Assembly (NCBI GenBank): GCA_964247055.1
Contig: OZ176055.1
Span: forward strand, 7,378,001-7,442,000
DNA: 64,000 bases
From: Paragordius varius
Lineage: Eukaryota; Animalia; Nematomorpha
Direction: 5' to 3'
A program made the position numbers and the translations under genes. A model generated the notes under the pieces. That model was given only the letters and a program-made list of their open reading frames with translations, searched no databases and was not told where the DNA came from. Of the stretch, positions 58,621 to 64,000 are shown piece after piece; the stretch's first letter is position 1, and each line of letters opens with the position of its first letter.

Positions 58621-61600
58621 TACCATTTCCCAGTCTAAATAAACGTTTTCCCAGTCAATCGAAACATTTTCCCAGTCAATCGAAACGTTTTCCCAGTCAA
58701 TCGAAACGTTTTCCCAGTCAATCGAAACGTTTTCCCAGTCAATCAAAACGTTTTCCCAGTCAATAGAAACATTTTCCCAGTCAATCGAAACATTTTCCCA
58801 GTCAATAAAAACATTTTCCCAATCAATAAAAACGTTTTCCCAGTCAATAAAAACGGTTTTATTTTTGAAGATAAGTATCAAAACAAGACATAAAAATAAC
58901 TTTTTACCATTATCAGCGTAATATTAGGATATTAATTTTTATAAAATCCCAATTATTTAATGACAATATTTCCTATATATTCCAATACACAATCATTAAT
59001 AATTCATTCTTTTAAAGCTATATTTTATTAACTGGAAGATTTTATGGTTTTTAAGCATTTTTAAGAAAATATTTAATAATTTTTTTATTATATCGATGGT
59101 TCGCATTAATATTCGAGGCTAACTTTTAAGGTCTATAGTTACAGATAATAAAATATATAAAAATATACCATTTTTATCTCAAATTAGTCATTTAACACTT
59201 CATATTGGGTCTTAAACATGTCGAATTGTGTAAAAAATACTGTCGGAAAAAAATTTGAACAAAACATGGTTTTATATATGTTTTTCATTTAAAAATATTT
59301 TATAAAAAAGGATATTCTAACACAATGGCTTTGCGGGCCGCATTTTTAGGCGTTCCGAATTCGTATTATATAAGGACATTCATAAATAATTTATTCGATT
59401 TTAAACATAAGACTGTAAAGTACATACACAATATTTTTTTATTCATTGTCAATTTTATAGACTCATTTAGAATAATAGCGTAAGAAATATGAATTTTACT
59501 AGATCTTGTTGGCAAATTTTTGCATTGGATTGTCAAATTTTTCGCGGACCGCACAAAGATACTCGGAAGGCCGCCTTAGGCCTCCCATGAATCAAATGAT
59601 AAATATAAAAAATAGGGAATTTATGTTTAAGACCCAATATGAAGTGTTAAATGACTAATTTGAGATAAAAATGGTATATTTTTATATATTTTATTATCTG
59701 TAACTATAGACCTTAAAAGTTAGCCTCGAATATTAATGCGAACCATCGATATAATAAAAAAATTATTAAATATTTTCTTAAAAATGCTTAAAAACCATAA
59801 AATCTTCCAGTTAATAAAATATAGCTTTAAAAGAATGAATTATTAATGATTGTGTATTGGAATATATAGGAAATATTGTCATTAAATAATTGGGATTTTA
59901 TAAAAATTAATATCCTAATATTACGCTGATAATGGTTAAAAGTTATTTTTATGTCTTGTTTTGATACTTATCTGCAAAAATAAAACCGTTTTTATTGACT
60001 GGGAAAACGTTTTTATTGATTGGGAAAATGTTTCGATTGACTGGGAAAATGTTTCGATTGACTGGGAAAACGTTTCGATTGACTGGGAAAATGTTTCGAT
60101 TGACTGGGAAAACGTTTCGATTGACTGGGAAAACGTTTCGATCGACTGGGAAAATGTTTCGATTGACTGGGAAAATGTTTCGATTGACGAATGCGGAATT
60201 GACAGAGTAGGTTTTTCACTCAATCGAAACATTTTCCCAGTCAATCGAAACATTTTCCCAGTCGATCGAAACGTTTTCCCAGTCAATCGAAACGTTTTCC
60301 CAGTCAATCGAAACATTTTCCCAGTCAATCGAAACGTTTTCCCAGTCAATCGAAACATTTTCCCAGTCAATCGAAACATTTTCCCAGTCAATAAAAACAT
60401 TTTCCCAGTCAATAAAAACATTTTCCCAATCAATATAAACGGTTTTATTTTTGATGGTCAATATCATAACAAGTTAAATAAATAACTTTTCATTATCAGC
60501 GTAATATTAGGATATTATTTTTTATAAAATCACAATTATTGAATGACAATTCCAAGTATAATCTAGTGGACCATCATTAATGACTTATTCTTTTAAAATT
60601 ATATTTTTGGAGTTTGAGATGTTTTTAAGATAATATTATTTTATTGATATTTCGCATTATTTGCGGCACTTACAAAATCTATAGTTACGGATGAAATGCT
60701 AAAAATAAAATAATATACCATTTTTATCTCAAAGGTCATTTAACACTTCATATTGATCTTAACATAAATTTTACCCTAATTTTATAATATTTATCATTTG
60801 GTTCATCGGTAGCCCAACGCGGAGTGCCGAGTATCTGCGGCCTACTAAAAATTTATAAATCCATAAAAAATATGCCCACAAAATCTTAGTAATATTCATA
60901 TTCCTTACGCAATTACTCTTAATGAGTCTCTTAAATTGGTAACAAATTAAAAAAAATTGTTAAATTTTTGTATTTTACAGTCTTATATCTAATCGAAAAA
61001 TTATTTATGAAATATATCAAATGCGGAACACCGTGCTTTTTGAGTAATGCGGCCCGCGAAGTCATTTGGTTGGATACCCCTGTTTTAGTCAAATATCTTA
61101 TTAAATATTTTTAAAATTAGATATTTTTTAAGACAGTATTTTTATGGAAAAACCTGACAAGCGTTCGGCAAACATTAATGCGAACCATCAATAAAATAAA
61201 AAATATTATCTTATAAACATCTCAAATTACAAAAAAATATAACTTTTAAAGAATAAGTCATTAATGATTGTCCATTGGAATATACTTGAAAAATTGACAT
61301 TCAATAATTGTTTTTTCATGAAAAATAATATCCTAATATTACGCTGATAATGGTTAAAAATTAATTTTATGTCTTGTTTTGATATTTATCATCAAAAATA
61401 AAACCGTTATTATTGACTGGGAAAACGTTTTTATTGATTGGGAAAACGTTTTTATTGACTGGGAAAATGTTTCGATTGACTCGGAAAACGTTTCGATTGA
61501 CTCGGAAAACGTTTCGATTGACTGGAAAAACGTTTCGATTGATTGGGAATACGTTTCGATTGACTCGGAAAATGTTTCGATTGACTGGGAAAATGTTTCG

Positions 61601-63103
61601 ATTGACTGGGAAAACGTTTCGATTGACTGGGAAAATGTTTCGATTGACTGGAAAAACGTTTATTTAAACTGGGACCCAGTCTAAATAAACGTTTTTCCAG
61701 TCAATCGAAACATTTTCCCAGTCAATCGAAACGTTTTCCCAGTCAATCGAAACATTTTCCCAGTCAATCGAAACATTTTCCGAGTCAATCGAAACGTATT
61801 CCCAATCAATCGAAACATTTTCCCAGTCAATAGAAACATTTTCCCAATCAATAAAAACGTTTTCCCAGTCAATAAAAACGGTTTTATTTTTGATGATAAA
61901 ATATCAAAACAGGAATATAAAAATAAATTTAAATCATTATCAGCGTAATATTGGATATTATTTTAATATAAACACAATTATTGAAGGACAAAATTTCCAA
62001 GTTTATTCCAGTGCACAATCATTAATGACTTATTCTTTAAAGGTTATATTTTTGGAATTTGAGATGTTTTTAAAAAAATAATATTTATTTAATCGATGGT
62101 TCGCTAATATGTGCGGCTAACATATAAAATCTATATTTACGAATGAAATAATAAAATTTATAAATATATACCATTTTTCTCTCAAAAGTCATTTAACACT
62201 TCAAATTGGATTTTAAACATAAATTTTACCCTAATATAATATTTATCATTTGGTTCATCGGGGGCCTAAAGGGGGCCTTCCCAGTATCTTAATGCGGCCC
62301 GCGAAAAATTATGAAATTTATATGCAAAAATATGGCCCCAAATTCTTAGCAATATTCATAATTCTTACGCAATTATTCAGAATCAGCCTATTAAATTGGT
62401 AGAATTAAAAAAATTATTATAATGTGATTGTATTTTTATATGTCAAATCGAAAAATTATGTGAATGCCCGTATTTTCGAATGCTGAACGATGTTTTGAGT
62501 TAAAGCGGCCCGAGAAGCATTTAGTTGGACACCCTTGTTTAATCAAATATCTATTAAATATTTTTAAATCAAAAACATTCAAAAAAATATTTTTTGTTTG
62601 GATGTTTTTTCCGACAGTATTTTTAACGATAAACTTAACATATTTAAAAACAGTTGTAAAGCGTTCTGCAAATATTACTGCGCACCATCGATAAAATAAA
62701 AAACATTATCTTAAAAACATCTCAAATGCAAATAACCTTTAAAGAATAAGTCATTAATGATTGTGCACTGGAATAAACTTGGAAAAATTTTTATTCAATA
62801 ACTGTGTTTTTATGCAAAATAATATTCTATATTAGGCTGATAATGATTTAAAATTATTTTTATATTCCTGTTTTTATCTAAAATAAAACCGTTTTTATTG
62901 ACTGGGAAAACGTTTTTATTGATTGGGAAAATGTTTCTATTGACTGGGAAAATGTTTCGATTGATTGGGAATACGTTTTGATTGACTGGGAAAATGTTTC
63001 GATTGACTGGGAAAACGTTTCGATTGACTGGGAAAACGTTTCGATTGATTGGGAAAATGTTTCGATTGACTGGGAAAACGTTTATTTAGACTGGGAAATG
63101 GTA
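58621..63103. mobile_element. 4.5-kb composite foldback element: three head-to-tail units of about 1.5 kb, each with long TIRs made of 21-bp arrays
   Basis: Termini TA|TACCATTTCCCAGTCTAAATAAACG ... CGTTTATTTAGACTGGGAAATGGTA|TA. Units are about 58621-60188, 60220-61674 and 61675-63103. No transposase ORF. Confidence 0.85.
58640..63085. repeat. Six 21-bp minisatellite arrays (GATTGACTGGGAAAAYGTTTC)n in alternating orientation
   Basis: Arrays at about 58640-58856 (-), 59993-60188 (+), 60220-60432 (-), 61398-61668 (+), 61690-61880 (-), 62891-63085 (+), about 9-13 copies each. They generate the IDWENVS / LTGKMFR repeat ORFs. Confidence 0.95.
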
Positions 63104-63105
63104 TA

Positions 63106-63560
63106 CATTAAGTGGTCTCTACTTGTGTATTAAATTCTCATCTATTGTCACATTTGTAGAGAATCTGTGTTTGGGATTGAATATTATTTGCAGTCGTTCT
63201 GCATTTTAAGTTTTTTATTTTGGTGCTTGTGAAACCAGAATCTTGACAACTTTGTCACATATGGTGTATACCTATTTGACACTGTCTATGATATACCTGA
63301 TAGTTATTTGTCTTAGTAATTTATTTTCATCATTTCTATTGTGAGTGTCAGTTTAATAGATGTCATCTGCAAAAATTAATTCCCACCCATGGAAGGTTTG
63401 GTAAAATAAAATCAACGTTTGTCTTAAATTCCATTTTATTTGATTTCTTGGAATTCGATCAAATGTTTTCACGAAGTATTAAAATTATTCCAAAATCAAA
63501 GCGAACAAGTCATTAGGTTTATGTAAGCTATCAGTCGATTTTCTCAAACCAAAATATTGA
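63106..63560 (-). mobile_element. RTE-clade LINE reverse transcriptase relic, 5' part
   Basis: GLRKSTD...FVKTFDRIPRNQIKWNLR, then (P)W.ELIFADDI, the RT catalytic FADD motif at about 63360-63375. Confidence 0.7.
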
Positions 63561-64000
63561 TATAACAGGAAAATTAAAATTTTTTTATGAATTTATATTT
63601 AAATTATGAGCCAAATATATTTTTATAATATTAGAAAAAAACCACATTAAGCAAACCATTGATTGCCGAAAAGATGCCAAGCAAATTAAAAACTGTTCAT
63701 CAAAATGATTCTTGGGAAAATTTTTAATTCGCGTCCAACAAAAAAATACCCTCTATCGCTTTATTAAATGAATAATTATGACTAATATATATCGCAATTT
63801 ATATAATTTAAAACACATCAAATTTTTAATAAATTTTTAACATTTCATATATTTACAGTAATCCACATCTTCATAATTACTCTGGCAATCGTATTTTGGT
63901 AAGAAGGCTTTTAAAGATGATAAATTGAGGAAAAAAGTTTTTACTATATAATGTTTTAATAGTATTTAATATATGCTTTAAAATAGGCTTAAATTTATGA

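Noticed and set aside
58543-63085. CRISPR-like regular repeats and IDWENVS / LTGKMFR repeat-protein ORFs
   Set aside because: The 21-bp units are contiguous with no spacers, the context is eukaryotic and there are no cas genes. ORFs open in several frames on both strands because the unit is 3n and stop-poor.

Overview
This is a 64-kb window of a very AT-rich, intron-containing eukaryotic genome. The gene content looks animal (invertebrate), but the taxon cannot be fixed from sequence alone. Five spliced genes were reconstructed by hand with GT-AG introns and frame-consistent exons: aspartyl aminopeptidase DNPEP (-), an SLC45-family MFS transporter (+), an RDH12/13/14-type SDR (+), V-ATPase subunit A (-) and SCYL1 (+). 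V-ATPase A and SCYL1 are head-to-head with only 176 bp between start codons. The rest is transposon debris: mariner, RTE-LINE and gypsy relics, and hAT-, piggyBac-, Harbinger- and Tc1-like MITEs. It also holds several large palindromes, including a 4.5-kb triple foldback element built from 21-bp repeats. The most striking signal concerns splicing. Introns of only 21, 26, 28, 29 and 38 nt sit at the 5' ends of three conserved genes whose other introns are 61 nt to about 1.9 kb. Donor sites are strongly degenerate (by manual count about 21/46 are GTT and only about 8/46 have +5G). No rRNA, tRNA or CRISPR array was recognised. All counts and coordinates were derived by eye and need computational confirmation.
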